Shown here in pieces: positions 9,323-18,699 of a DNA stretch of 64,000 nucleotides; positions within the stretch are counted from its first letter, which is position 1, and every line of letters starts with the position of its first letter. The stretch comes from a virus. Made by a program: the position numbers and the translations under genes. The notes beneath the pieces are model-generated. The model was not told the DNA's origin and ran no database searches. It saw nothing but the letters and a program-made list of their open reading frames with translations. The DNA lies in the IMG/VR virus record IMGVR_UViG_3300040816_000831. One strand, 5' to 3'.

Positions 9323-9540
9323 ACTCTTACTCCTGTTTTAAGTTCTAGTACAGTTTTCATATGAAGGTCTTGACTTCTTTTCTCTACTAGCTGGTCAATC
9401 ACTTTATTTCTATCAGTGAAAGCCACTCTCATATCGAATGATTCACAAAGTCCTGGTCTCATGCCACCTTCCAATTCTCTTAGAATTGAACCTGTGCTCA
9501 TAGCTTGGACTTCTTTTTGTATTTTTTGTAATGATGTCAT
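9319..9540 (-). CDS. Hypothetical early protein
   Basis: AAGGAG RBS; first gene after the promoter at 9576-9604. Confidence 0.65.
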   Translation of the reverse strand: MTSLQKIQKEVQAMSTGSILRELEGGMRPGLCESFDMRVAFTDRNKVIDQLVEKRSQDLHMKTVLELKTGVRV

Positions 9541-9575
9541 ATTTAACTCCTTATCTTATTTTTAAATATAGATAT

Positions 9576-9604
9576 ATTATAACATACTTTAAAGCAAATG
9601 TAAA
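9576..9604 (-). promoter_or_regulatory. Early sigma70-type promoter TTTACA-N17-TATAAT
   Basis: One of 12 matching promoters in the window. Confidence 0.8.
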
Positions 9605-9652
9605 CGATTATTTTCACTTTTTTTGAAAATAATTGTGAGAAAGTGTTGATGT

Positions 9653-9689
9653 GAAAGAAAAGGTGGGGAGCTGTGATGGCTCCCCCATG
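9653..9689 (-). terminator. Intrinsic terminator
   Basis: GGGGAGC/GCTCCCC stem followed by a U-rich run on the minus strand. Confidence 0.75.
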
Positions 9690-9710
9690 ATAATCATTAC
9701 TAAAGGAGTG

Positions 9711-9893
9711 TTATACTTCTTTTGCTATAAAAGTGTATACACCGTAAGCAAGGGCTACCCAAGCTACTAAGTCAACAAGTCCACCTAGTAATAGGTAGGA
9801 TAATGATAGGCCGACAATAAGTCCGCCGTCCCAAGATGTACGTTCTGCCCATCTTGCCATTAACCATGCTTTTGCTGTATTTAACATATTCAT
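9711..9893 (-). CDS. Small two-helix membrane protein
   Basis: ERTSWDG motif followed by hydrophobic segments; GGAG RBS. Confidence 0.6.
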   Translation of the reverse strand: MNMLNTAKAWLMARWAERTSWDGGLIVGLSLSYLLLGGLVDLVAWVALAYGVYTFIAKEV

Positions 9894-9905
9894 ATAGTTC
9901 TCCGT

Positions 9906-11291
9906 CTATAGTTTGAAGTCAGCAAACGAGTCATTACTTTCTCGCTCACCAAACTTATTTATCGGCTTATCTGGCACCATTTCTGTCATAATGTCTGATT
10001 GAGCCGATTCCTCTACATCATATAGTTTCATGCGGGAACGGTCCACACCAATTACAAATCTCTTGTATTTGGTTGGGTCGTTATATCTATTCTTCAATTG
10101 TTTTACTAGCAATTGACCTAATTCTTCAAGTTCCTCTGTTGAAATAAGAGCAAACATTAAATCAGCCGTTGCTGGTAAACCAAACGATTCAGATGTATCC
10201 TCAAGACCGACGTCAGTATTACTGAAACCAGACCTCGTGGTCTGTGTTGCCGATACTATTGGAACATTGAATTCCACAGCCAAACCGCGAAGTTCTTCCG
10301 CAATGGCTTTAATATAAGTATAACTATTTATACTTCCGCCCATGCCACGCATGCGACTTGAGGCACAAATATTTAAATAGTCAATATATATCATATCAGG
10401 CTTAAATGTCTTTTTGAGTTTAAGCTCATTAAGTAAAGCTCTGAAATGACCAGTATGTGCAGAACCAGTAGGATATTCTTTTACTATAAGTTTACCTACA
10501 GATGATTTTGCAATTTTTCCAATCTTATCATCGAATACATTTTTAGGTAATGACCCAAGAGATTCGATTGGAAGGTTCATAAGATTCGCATCAATTCTTT
10601 CAGCGATTCTTTCTTCTGCCATTTCCATTGTTATGTACAATACATTCTTTCCTTGATTAAGTACTCCTGCTGCACAATGACACATGAATAATGACTTACC
10701 TACGCCTGTTCCGGCTAAGGCAATGTTAAGTGTCTTATTAGGTAGACCACCTTTTGTTATTTTATTAAAATAATCTAAATCAAACGGTATTCTATCTTCT
10801 TTACGATTATAAAAGTCAAACCTTTGTTCACTATCATCAATATAATCATGACCTATTTGTTCGTCAAACGAAACACCAAGAGCTTCAGATAGTATTTCAG
10901 GTATAGCACCTTCACTTCTTTCTTTATCTTTGCCATCAATGATTCCTATTGAATCCATAATAGCATTATAAACTGCTCTTTCTTTACACCACTTTTCTGC
11001 TTCAGCAATTAAGTAATCAGTATCGACATCAGATTTATCGATAATTTCTGTGATTAATCTTTGAGCATTATTTAATACATCTTCAGGTGCTTGAATTTTC
11101 TTTAACTCAAGTTCTAAGATTTTTGATGTTGGTAATTTATTATGTTTGCTTACAAATTGGACTATAAGGTCGAACACAGTTTTATGTGTACCTTCAAAAT
11201 ATTCATTCTTTAAATAAGGTACAACTCTTCTGCAGAATTCTTCGTTATGTAGAAGATGATTCAGTATGTGTGTTGGTAACTGATTCGTCAT
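9906..11291 (-). CDS. gp41: DnaB-like replicative helicase
   Basis: Walker A AGTGVGKS, YITMEM, IDYLNI, KQLKNRY. Confidence 0.97.
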   Translation of the reverse strand: MTNQLPTHILNHLLHNEEFCRRVVPYLKNEYFEGTHKTVFDLIVQFVSKHNKLPTSKILELELKKIQAPEDVLNNAQRLITEIIDKSDVDTDYLIAEAEKWCKERAVYNAIMDSIGIIDGKDKERSEGAIPEILSEALGVSFDEQIGHDYIDDSEQRFDFYNRKEDRIPFDLDYFNKITKGGLPNKTLNIALAGTGVGKSLFMCHCAAGVLNQGKNVLYITMEMAEERIAERIDANLMNLPIESLGSLPKNVFDDKIGKIAKSSVGKLIVKEYPTGSAHTGHFRALLNELKLKKTFKPDMIYIDYLNICASSRMRGMGGSINSYTYIKAIAEELRGLAVEFNVPIVSATQTTRSGFSNTDVGLEDTSESFGLPATADLMFALISTEELEELGQLLVKQLKNRYNDPTKYKRFVIGVDRSRMKLYDVEESAQSDIMTEMVPDKPINKFGERESNDSFADFKL

Positions 11292-11607
11292 TTCCTATTC
11301 CTATTGTTGCTTGATTAGTTTCTTTAGCGTATTCTAAAGAATCTGTTATTATATATTGTAGTACTGAACCTAAGTAATTTTTAAACGATTCGTCTTTCTC
11401 AAGTTCATCTACACTAAAATCTGCTGGGTCTTGTACTGTAAAGTTAAAGCTTAATGTTGCTATATCTAAGTTAGGGTCTTCTTTGACTCCAACTTGTCCA
11501 TATACAACTATAACATTCTTCCAAGTACCAGTTTTAAGTTTTACTCCTTGAAACGCACTATTGTCGTTTTCTACAATTGAGTAGTCTTTTTCGCTTATGT
11601 TGTACAT
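11245..11607 (-). CDS. gp40-like head assembly chaperone
   Basis: Position between uvsX and gp41 as in T4; size; YGQVG...LSFNF pattern. Confidence 0.55.
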   Translation of the reverse strand: MYNISEKDYSIVENDNSAFQGVKLKTGTWKNVIVVYGQVGVKEDPNLDIATLSFNFTVQDPADFSVDELEKDESFKNYLGSVLQYIITDSLEYAKETNQATIGIGNDESVTNTHTESSST

Positions 11608-12659
11608 TATTCTTCAGTATCAATATCAAGGTCAATATCAATCATTGGTCTATGACCGACTGAATAATATGTTTTTACAAACTCTTTAAAGTTAGTATTT
11701 TCCAAGATTGGTTCCCAGAACTTTTTCTTAAGAGTATCTTTTTCTCTTACTTTTGGTTCTAGTATTTCTCCAGTTTCCATATCAACTGCGGCATACCAAC
11801 CAACATTTGGTTTAGTTACGTATCCACCAGCCATTGCAACATCGAGCAATCCACTATACTGTTCTATACCACCTTCCCACGTTACTGAGATTGGTACCTT
11901 TGATTTTTCTTTTACAAATCTAGATTTTTCTACATTGATTACAAAATGATACCCTTGTATTTCTGTACCTTTTTTATCTTGACGTCTTCCAATAATCCAT
12001 ATATTGTCTGATGAGTAATAGATACCTGTACCACCTGAAACAACTGCTTTAGGAAACAATCCAATTTCTTGATAAGTATGATTAACAGCAAGTAAAGGGA
12101 TATTCTTCATGGTTAGATAAGGAGTAATCATTCTGAATAATCCCTTTAATGCTTTAGCTCTTGACATGTCAGCGACTGACTTTTCATTGAGAGCATCTTC
12201 CAACTCTTTCTTAGAGGCTAAGTTTCCAATTGAATCAATAACAACAACAACTTTATCTCCTCTTTCGATATTTTCGAGTTGACCTACTAAATCGAACTTA
12301 AGTTGTTCGACATTTTGTACTGGAGTATGTAATACTTTTTCAGTATCAATACCAAATGATTCGAAATAAGATTGAGGTGACCCAAACTCTGAATCATAAA
12401 ATAACATTACTGCATCTTCATGCTGCTTTAAATAAGCTGCTCCCATAAGTAGAGCAAATGAAGTTTTGAAATGCTTTGAAGGACCGGCAAGAACTGTAAG
12501 TCCTGATGTAAGTCCTCCGTCAATATCACCTGATAATGCAACATTTACCATTGGCACCTCAGTGACAGTTATATCTTTTTCAGCAAATAAAACTGAATCA
12601 GATAGAATAGAAGTATCTTTGATTTTACTATTCTTTTTTAATTTATCCATTATAGACAT
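11607..12659 (-). CDS. uvsX: RecA-like recombinase (start revised to MSIMDKL)
   Basis: GPSKHFKT, FYDSEFG, IDSIGNL, NHTY; GGAG RBS. Confidence 0.96.
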   Translation of the reverse strand: MSIMDKLKKNSKIKDTSILSDSVLFAEKDITVTEVPMVNVALSGDIDGGLTSGLTVLAGPSKHFKTSFALLMGAAYLKQHEDAVMLFYDSEFGSPQSYFESFGIDTEKVLHTPVQNVEQLKFDLVGQLENIERGDKVVVVIDSIGNLASKKELEDALNEKSVADMSRAKALKGLFRMITPYLTMKNIPLLAVNHTYQEIGLFPKAVVSGGTGIYYSSDNIWIIGRRQDKKGTEIQGYHFVINVEKSRFVKEKSKVPISVTWEGGIEQYSGLLDVAMAGGYVTKPNVGWYAAVDMETGEILEPKVREKDTLKKKFWEPILENTNFKEFVKTYYSVGHRPMIDIDLDIDTEE

Positions 12660-12660
12660 A

Positions 12661-12927
12661 TTATCTTCTCCTGGCTTTTGACGGCCTATTAAATGCATCT
12701 AGCATTCTTTGTTGTTTACGACTTCTAGAAACTGCTTCAGCTTTTTTTCTTTTCTTTTTAGCTGTAGGTTTTTCATAGAATTCTCTTTTGCGTACCTCTT
12801 GTACAATACCTGCGTTTTCACAGGCTTTTTTAAATCTTCTTAGACCAACATCAAAAGGCATTTCTTTTGATGGTCTTTTGTCTCTAGGATTTTTATTCTT
12901 CCTTGGACGTAAATCTATACTTGGCAT
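12661..12927 (-). CDS. rpsU: 30S ribosomal protein bS21
   Basis: [32 protein letters not shown] matches the gammaproteobacterial S21 signature. Confidence 0.92.
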   Translation of the reverse strand: MPSIDLRPRKNKNPRDKRPSKEMPFDVGLRRFKKACENAGIVQEVRKREFYEKPTAKKKRKKAEAVSRSRKQQRMLDAFNRPSKARRR

Positions 12928-12956
12928 TGTTCTCCTTTATTTATTTTTATATATCT

Positions 12957-12985
12957 ATTATAACATAAAATCAGTGAGTTGTAAA
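12957..12985 (-). promoter_or_regulatory. Early promoter for bS21-uvsX, embedded in the last codons of the upstream gene
   Basis: TTTACA-N17-TATAAT. Confidence 0.75.
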
Positions 12986-14145
12986 CTGTTTTTTTCATAT
13001 TCATAGGTTCTTTTTTTATTATCCTGTATTAGGAATTTAGTATCAATCATTTCAAGCTGATTGTTTAAATATTTTTGAACCATTTTTGCAGCATGCTCTG
13101 CTGTAGTCACTGGCACATTTTGGCATATATGGTTAAGTGACCTTTTAGGTTCAAGCAATATAAAATCTTTTGGTAGTTTCATAAGAGATAAAGCTTCTCT
13201 TACTGTTAAGTATCTATCTTCATCCGGATGAGTTAAGCACGTTGGCATATGTCCAACAAATGCTCCTATTTTATCTTTAGGAATCTCTGTAGTTTTTCTC
13301 ATGATATTACCACCAGCTTTGAGCTTATGATATTGCCTATCGCATTTCTTTGCAACATTATCATATCCATTTTCTCTCATCCATTTAGCTACTTCTTTAT
13401 ATGTTGTTCTTTCTTCAATGTAGTCCATTGGGTTTGTTGTCTTTTCTATTTTATCTTGAAATTCACTATGTGATATACCACCTTCTAATACTTCAAGAAC
13501 ATATCGATAATATGGTTCTTCAGAAGGTTTCTTTTCATTACAAAGAATTTGACTCATTGGGTCATCATCTTTTCTTTCAACTTCTCTTATATCATCAGCA
13601 ATCATTGTAGGTCTTTCTAGTACATATTCAAATAATGGTACTTCATTACCTTTCCAAAAGAAATAGAATGTTCTATCTCGTACTTGGCTGAGTCCATGTA
13701 GTATAGATTTTGTTTTAAAGATACTAAAAGTATATCCATTATCTTCTCCTATCTTCCTCAATCTTCTTACAACGGGTTCTCCCATCTTACTTGCAAGCCT
13801 TGGTGCGTTCTCTCCCCAAAATACTTTTGGTTGTACTTCACTAAGTACATATTCAGCAGATGTAAACATCCATTCGTTCATAGGATTATTACTTGCAGCT
13901 GATGGACTAAGTGAGCTGAGCCCTGCACATGGGCATACAGTATTAATCACATTAACTTTTTCTGTGTAACTCGCTCCCTCTGAGAGGTTCAAATATGGGA
14001 CCTCATGGTTATAATGATTTAATAAGTGAGATTCATTAGCTTGAAAGCCTTCATATGTCATAATATACTTTGGTCTTTCTCCAAAGACATTTTCCATTGC
14101 TATTGTTTCTCCACCTATTAGTGGTACTATACTCGCATAACTCAT
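12958..14145 (-). CDS. DNA C5-cytosine methyltransferase homolog with atypical SAM-binding motifs
   Basis: CPCAGLS (IV), GENA (VI), QVRDRTF (VIII), RYLTVREA (IX); motif I reads VPLIGG and motif X reads CQNV. Confidence 0.8.
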   Translation of the reverse strand: MSYASIVPLIGGETIAMENVFGERPKYIMTYEGFQANESHLLNHYNHEVPYLNLSEGASYTEKVNVINTVCPCAGLSSLSPSAASNNPMNEWMFTSAEYVLSEVQPKVFWGENAPRLASKMGEPVVRRLRKIGEDNGYTFSIFKTKSILHGLSQVRDRTFYFFWKGNEVPLFEYVLERPTMIADDIREVERKDDDPMSQILCNEKKPSEEPYYRYVLEVLEGGISHSEFQDKIEKTTNPMDYIEERTTYKEVAKWMRENGYDNVAKKCDRQYHKLKAGGNIMRKTTEIPKDKIGAFVGHMPTCLTHPDEDRYLTVREALSLMKLPKDFILLEPKRSLNHICQNVPVTTAEHAAKMVQKYLNNQLEMIDTKFLIQDNKKRTYEYEKNSLQLTDFML

Positions 14146-15122
14146 GCAAAAAACTCCTCTAGTCCAGCCTTTTCAATTCCATTCCAATATGGATAGAACT
14201 CTCTGGATAAATGTATTGATTGTGGTTTCTCCATATATTTAAAATCGAGCTTACCTTCTTTATTAAAGAGATGACCGGTCCATCTTTTGATACCGTATTC
14301 TTTCTCTATGTAATCGTTAAATTTATTTCTTGCATCATTTCTTTCTGACCAAGAACCGTAAAATGGTTGTCCTTTATAATATCCTGATTGCGGTATTCTT
14401 CTACTTACATCTTCTATTGGAAGCAACTCATATATCTTTGCATTATACTTATGAGCTTCTTCAATATACCTATCAGCTAAATCTTCTATCTTTTGTCCTA
14501 GTCTAATTACATGATGTCTTATATCAATATTACCAAAATAGCATTCAAGCTCTTCATAATCGTAAGGAATGTATTTATCAAATCCTTCGTTTAAAGCTCC
14601 ATTTAAAGTTTTGAATGGAACACTGTTTACTGTCCAACCTGGTCGATACATGCAGATGGAATGACTATCACCAATAACTATTTTAGAAGTTGGATTAGGA
14701 TAGTCGATTCTTTCAGCTTCATTAAACATGCGTTCTAGATTTTTAAGGTCTACATCATGCCATTCCGGTTGAACCTCTTTCTTAGCCGATTCCAGTTTTG
14801 ATTTAACCATTTCGTGATACGGCGGGAAGTCGATTCCAATTGAAAAGACTCTGCCTTTGAACTTAGAAAAGTTGACAGTGTTCTTAACATAAGGAAAACC
14901 GTATACGCCACCAAACATATTAATTCCACCACTCCAATCAGTGCCGTGATAGACCCAAAGACTATCATAATCATTGTGGTCTTCAATTTCTCCACCGTAG
15001 TTAACATCGCAGTTTCCATATTTCTCCTTTATCATATCGCCATACATTACTCCTGCAGCTCCTCTATGAGAAGCAGCTCTCTTAGCTATTGGAATAAATG
15101 GACAATTAATTATATTTTTCAT
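14142..15122 (-). CDS. SGNH-hydrolase-like protein with C-terminal clamp-binding-like motif
   Basis: IGDSH, FGNID and SIHLS blocks; ends GLEEFFA. Confidence 0.55.
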   Translation of the reverse strand: MKNIINCPFIPIAKRAASHRGAAGVMYGDMIKEKYGNCDVNYGGEIEDHNDYDSLWVYHGTDWSGGINMFGGVYGFPYVKNTVNFSKFKGRVFSIGIDFPPYHEMVKSKLESAKKEVQPEWHDVDLKNLERMFNEAERIDYPNPTSKIVIGDSHSICMYRPGWTVNSVPFKTLNGALNEGFDKYIPYDYEELECYFGNIDIRHHVIRLGQKIEDLADRYIEEAHKYNAKIYELLPIEDVSRRIPQSGYYKGQPFYGSWSERNDARNKFNDYIEKEYGIKRWTGHLFNKEGKLDFKYMEKPQSIHLSREFYPYWNGIEKAGLEEFFA

Positions 15123-15129
15123 TAGATAT

Positions 15130-15158
15130 ATTATACCATACTTTTGTTCAAATGTAAA
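15130..15158 (-). promoter_or_regulatory. Early promoter (probably a leaderless transcript)
   Basis: TTTACA-N17-TATAAT, 7 nt from the ATG. Confidence 0.8.
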
Positions 15159-15163
15159 CGTTT

Positions 15164-16228
15164 TTATTCAAAGAATTCACTAAGGGTATTAGTCTTTTGT
15201 ACGCGCGCCACGCGTCTACGCGCGCATGCTCGCTCGTCTTCTCTTATCTGTAGGTATACACCAAACTGACATGACAACACTTCAGTTCCGTAGTATTTAA
15301 GAGAATCTTGTTCATATTGAAATAATTTACTACCGTCTTTCTTATTTATATTGAAAGCTTTTGGATGAAATACAACATCTTTTGTTAATCCTATTTCATC
15401 TGAATTTTCTCTCATATAGTATATTGCTTCGTCATACAATTTCTTTGGAGCTTCTGGCCACATTAATTGTATTGTATACACAGCTCCTGGACCCGGCGAT
15501 ACAAATCTTTGGTCATGATGATACTTCATTTGTGGTAATACAGATGAAGAAGCAGCTCCATGGAATCCGTAATAATGTCCTATGCCAGGTTGTTCTCTTA
15601 AAAGAGTATAAATCTCTGACATATGATTACATTGTTGCATTCGTTCTAAGAAACCAGTATCTCTAAAAGAAGATACCCATTCACAAACATCAACTGCATG
15701 AAACTTTCTATCTGGTTCGTTATACTTTTCACGACAATAGTTTCTAGCAGCAGTTTGTATAGATGTGTGTAATTCTGTTGTTCCCCAAATTGGTTGCTTA
15801 TTCTTTATTGCTTTATCTAAATTATTACGAACATATTGAATATAATCTTTATTTCCATTTGCTATTCTATCAAAATCAACAAAGACGTTATCTTCTCCTG
15901 AAGCAAGAAAATGAACTCCTCTTCCACCATAGAAATGAGATATAAAAGTATTACCTACAATATTCATTATTGTAGTATCTAGACTTGCTATCTCTTGACC
16001 AATAAATCTCATACGGTCATCAAGTGTAATTGTTGGATGAAAATATTCTACATCTTCGCCAAGACCAAAATCATTCTTGCCATGACGATTTACTGATTCA
16101 TATTGTTCTTTTGAATATCCAAGTTGTATATTAGACCTTTCATTAACTTTATATAGAAACCAATTGAACTCTTTCATGAGTTCTTTATCGTAATTCGACC
16201 AATCGTAATTATATTTAGTACTTGACAC
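15164..16228 (-). CDS. aGPT-Pplase1 / 5hmdU-DNA-kinase helical-domain-like protein
   Basis: ER..I, YF...LDDR, PGIG and FVSPGPGA motifs resemble this DNA-glycosylase-fold family; ends TLSEFFE. Confidence 0.6.
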   Translation of the reverse strand: MSSTKYNYDWSNYDKELMKEFNWFLYKVNERSNIQLGYSKEQYESVNRHGKNDFGLGEDVEYFHPTITLDDRMRFIGQEIASLDTTIMNIVGNTFISHFYGGRGVHFLASGEDNVFVDFDRIANGNKDYIQYVRNNLDKAIKNKQPIWGTTELHTSIQTAARNYCREKYNEPDRKFHAVDVCEWVSSFRDTGFLERMQQCNHMSEIYTLLREQPGIGHYYGFHGAASSSVLPQMKYHHDQRFVSPGPGAVYTIQLMWPEAPKKLYDEAIYYMRENSDEIGLTKDVVFHPKAFNINKKDGSKLFQYEQDSLKYYGTEVLSCQFGVYLQIREDERACARRRVARVQKTNTLSEFFE

Positions 16229-16628
16229 GTTCCTCGTTATCTCTCTTTAAATGAACAATTGATATATCAGGACATCTTTTTTTAATCTCTTTGATTTGAA
16301 TTGGGTCATCTTCGAAATGCATTTCTATTTCTACTCCCAAGTCTTTTAACATATTAATCATTTGTCCTTTAAAGATACCAGAAGCTTTTCTGCCATATAG
16401 TGGATTTTCTTTTACTCCATGAGTCACTTTATGATTTTTTAGTTTTCTTTCAAGTGGATTCATGTAAAGAGTATTATATATTCCTCTAGATTCTAGCATT
16501 TTTACTGTAGCTTCTCTATCAGCAAAAGGCCGCCCAGTAATGATGATGTCATCTTTACCGGGTCTTACGCCTGTGGTGCTTTCACCAAAATAGATTACTC
16601 CATCGATGTCAAACGAATTAATTTTCAT
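16215..16628 (-). CDS. HAD-superfamily phosphatase (start revised to MKINSFDIDG)
   Basis: FDIDG, ITGR, K and FEDD motifs. Confidence 0.85.
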   Translation of the reverse strand: MKINSFDIDGVIYFGESTTGVRPGKDDIIITGRPFADREATVKMLESRGIYNTLYMNPLERKLKNHKVTHGVKENPLYGRKASGIFKGQMINMLKDLGVEIEMHFEDDPIQIKEIKKRCPDISIVHLKRDNEERVKY

Positions 16629-17910
16629 AATCATTCTTCGCATCTTGGAAGGTGTGAGGCAAATCTGCTGCCTTCGGTCTATTCTCTTTGAGCTGTGGAG
16701 TAGTAATATCTGTCAATACTCTCCTAGCTAAAGCATCACATTCAAATTTGGCATCTTGAGTTTTGAGCTGTAATGGAGGAGTCTTTTGAGTCCATGCTGA
16801 TGGTCCTCTTAAATATCCTACAATGCCCATCTCTGAAGCTACCTTACAAAATCTAATTGCTGAAACAACAACTCCACCAGAGTTTGGAGAGTCTTGAACT
16901 GAAAGTCTAGCTGACATTTCATATCTTGCTCCTGCAAATCCATAAGCAACCATATCAAAGTTAGCTATTTTATTATCAGATGAGATATAATCTCCACCTG
17001 GTTTTTGTTGAACAGTAAGAGATGGACCAGCAAATAATGTCATACCTGCAGTTGATTCTCCTCTTACGCTGTTTTGTCCTTTTAAAACATTTTCTTTTGA
17101 TACATGTTTGTTATGTAATCTATATTGTTTTGCCATATTCAAGAAGTCAGTATTTGCTGTTCTTCCTGTTCTTATATGCTCTTGTCCTTGTGTAGAACCA
17201 GCAGCCATATTCATTTGAATGTGTTGTGTTACCATTAAACCTGAATCTAACATAGCACCTTGTAGAACTTCTGACATTCTTGAAGCTCCCCAGGCTGACC
17301 TCATATCTGAACCAACAATTGTAAGTCCTGCATCTATGAATCTTTGTTCAGTTATCATAGCATCTTCTGTTGAAATCAATGTCGGTATACAGTTTACGAA
17401 ATGTATTCCTGCATCTAACGCAACATCAATCCAGTATTTAGAAGCTTCTTCTGAACCAACTGGTAAATAGTTAATGAGTACATCTACATCATGATACTGT
17501 AGTAACTCAACAGTTCTTTCAAAAGATTCTGCTGGTACAGCTCCATTTACAAATGTGACTTCATCTGGATAATCATGCATGTGAGGAGCTATTCCGTCCA
17601 TTTCTGGAGCTGAATAGACCATTGCATCATTATTTACAGCTGAACTATTTGATGTAGTTGTTATTTTTTCGACATGGTCCATAGCGCAATTAGGTTGAGC
17701 TCTTAAAGCTTTTGCTAATTTTTTATTTACTTTCCTTTTATCGATATCAAATCCAATAACAAACTCGATGTCGTGTACTGAATATCCGCCGATATCTTCA
17801 TACATTAGACCAATTTTGTCTTCTGGATTTTCGTTATAATATTGTACACCTTCCACTAAAGACTTTGCACAACTTCCGACGCCGATTATTCCGGCTTTTA
17901 TTTTTGACAT
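16618..17910 (-). CDS. ino1: myo-inositol-1-phosphate synthase
   Basis: GVGSCAKSLVEG NAD fold, NYLPVGSEEA, FVNCIP, NTDFLNM, SK, DNK, DSPNSGG. Confidence 0.9.
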   Translation of the reverse strand: MSKIKAGIIGVGSCAKSLVEGVQYYNENPEDKIGLMYEDIGGYSVHDIEFVIGFDIDKRKVNKKLAKALRAQPNCAMDHVEKITTTSNSSAVNNDAMVYSAPEMDGIAPHMHDYPDEVTFVNGAVPAESFERTVELLQYHDVDVLINYLPVGSEEASKYWIDVALDAGIHFVNCIPTLISTEDAMITEQRFIDAGLTIVGSDMRSAWGASRMSEVLQGAMLDSGLMVTQHIQMNMAAGSTQGQEHIRTGRTANTDFLNMAKQYRLHNKHVSKENVLKGQNSVRGESTAGMTLFAGPSLTVQQKPGGDYISSDNKIANFDMVAYGFAGARYEMSARLSVQDSPNSGGVVVSAIRFCKVASEMGIVGYLRGPSAWTQKTPPLQLKTQDAKFECDALARRVLTDITTPQLKENRPKAADLPHTFQDAKNDYEN

Positions 17911-17972
17911 ATTATTCTCCTTATATCAGTTTATTTGAGTGAGAAATTTGACTGGCGTACCAGAGTAGCTCA

Positions 17973-18278
17973 CTATATACTATTAGTTATAACACTTATC
18001 AGACCACTTCCAAGGATAATGACTGCTGCTGTGTTTAAAATTATCAATGCTCTATCTTTCCAGATAAGAGCTACTATTAACCAACCGAATGTTCCAACTA
18101 AGGAAAACGCTTGGTCATAGAGAGCAAGGTCAGGATTAGACCTGCTTGCCATAGCAATTAAAAGAATAGCTGATGCTACCCATTTAATATACCAATCAAT
18201 TGTATACTTAGGAGTTGCGCTCTTAAATATACGCTTTGAATTTTTTATTTCTTGTTCGTTAAATTTCGGTGAATTCAT
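17973..18278 (-). CDS. Small multi-pass membrane protein (DUF6552-like)
   Basis: WYIKWVAS...W.DRALI.LN pattern; three hydrophobic segments. Confidence 0.6.
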   Translation of the reverse strand: MNSPKFNEQEIKNSKRIFKSATPKYTIDWYIKWVASAILLIAMASRSNPDLALYDQAFSLVGTFGWLIVALIWKDRALIILNTAAVIILGSGLISVITNSI

Positions 18279-18699
18279 ATTTTACATTAGCCTCTTTAAA
18301 TATTTCATGTGTTTTTTCTATTGCTTCTTTCCATCTATCTGGAGTATTTTCTGAAAGCGATACAACTCTAGATATTCCTGCTTGTATTATACCTAATGAG
18401 CAATGACCACAAACTGGTAAACCATAAATATATAATATAGAATCTTTTAAAGATATTCCATTTTCTGCAGCATTATATATACAATTCATTTCTGCATGAA
18501 CTACATATTGATACTTTGTTTCTCTATGATTATATCTTTCTTTACTATCTTCAATACCTTTAGGAAATCCATTATATCCTGTTGCTAATATTTTTCTATC
18601 TCTTACAGCAATTGCACCTATTTTTCTACTTGGGTCTTTACTCCATGTAGATATTTCACGAGCAATATCAAGAAATCTTTTATCCCACTTATTTAACAA
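18259..18699 (-). CDS. cd: dCMP deaminase (likely TTG start at 18699)
   Basis: SKDPS, GYNG, HAEMN and PVCGHC zinc motifs. Confidence 0.9.
   Translation of the reverse strand: MLNKWDKRFLDIAREISTWSKDPSRKIGAIAVRDRKILATGYNGFPKGIEDSKERYNHRETKYQYVVHAEMNCIYNAAENGISLKDSILYIYGLPVCGHCSLGIIQAGISRVVSLSENTPDRWKEAIEKTHEIFKEANVKYEFTEI

Noticed and set aside
16618-17910. MIPS as a stand-alone lipid or osmolyte metabolic gene
   Set aside because: Not excluded, but no CDP-alcohol phosphotransferase is nearby and it is overlap-coupled to DNA-modification genes
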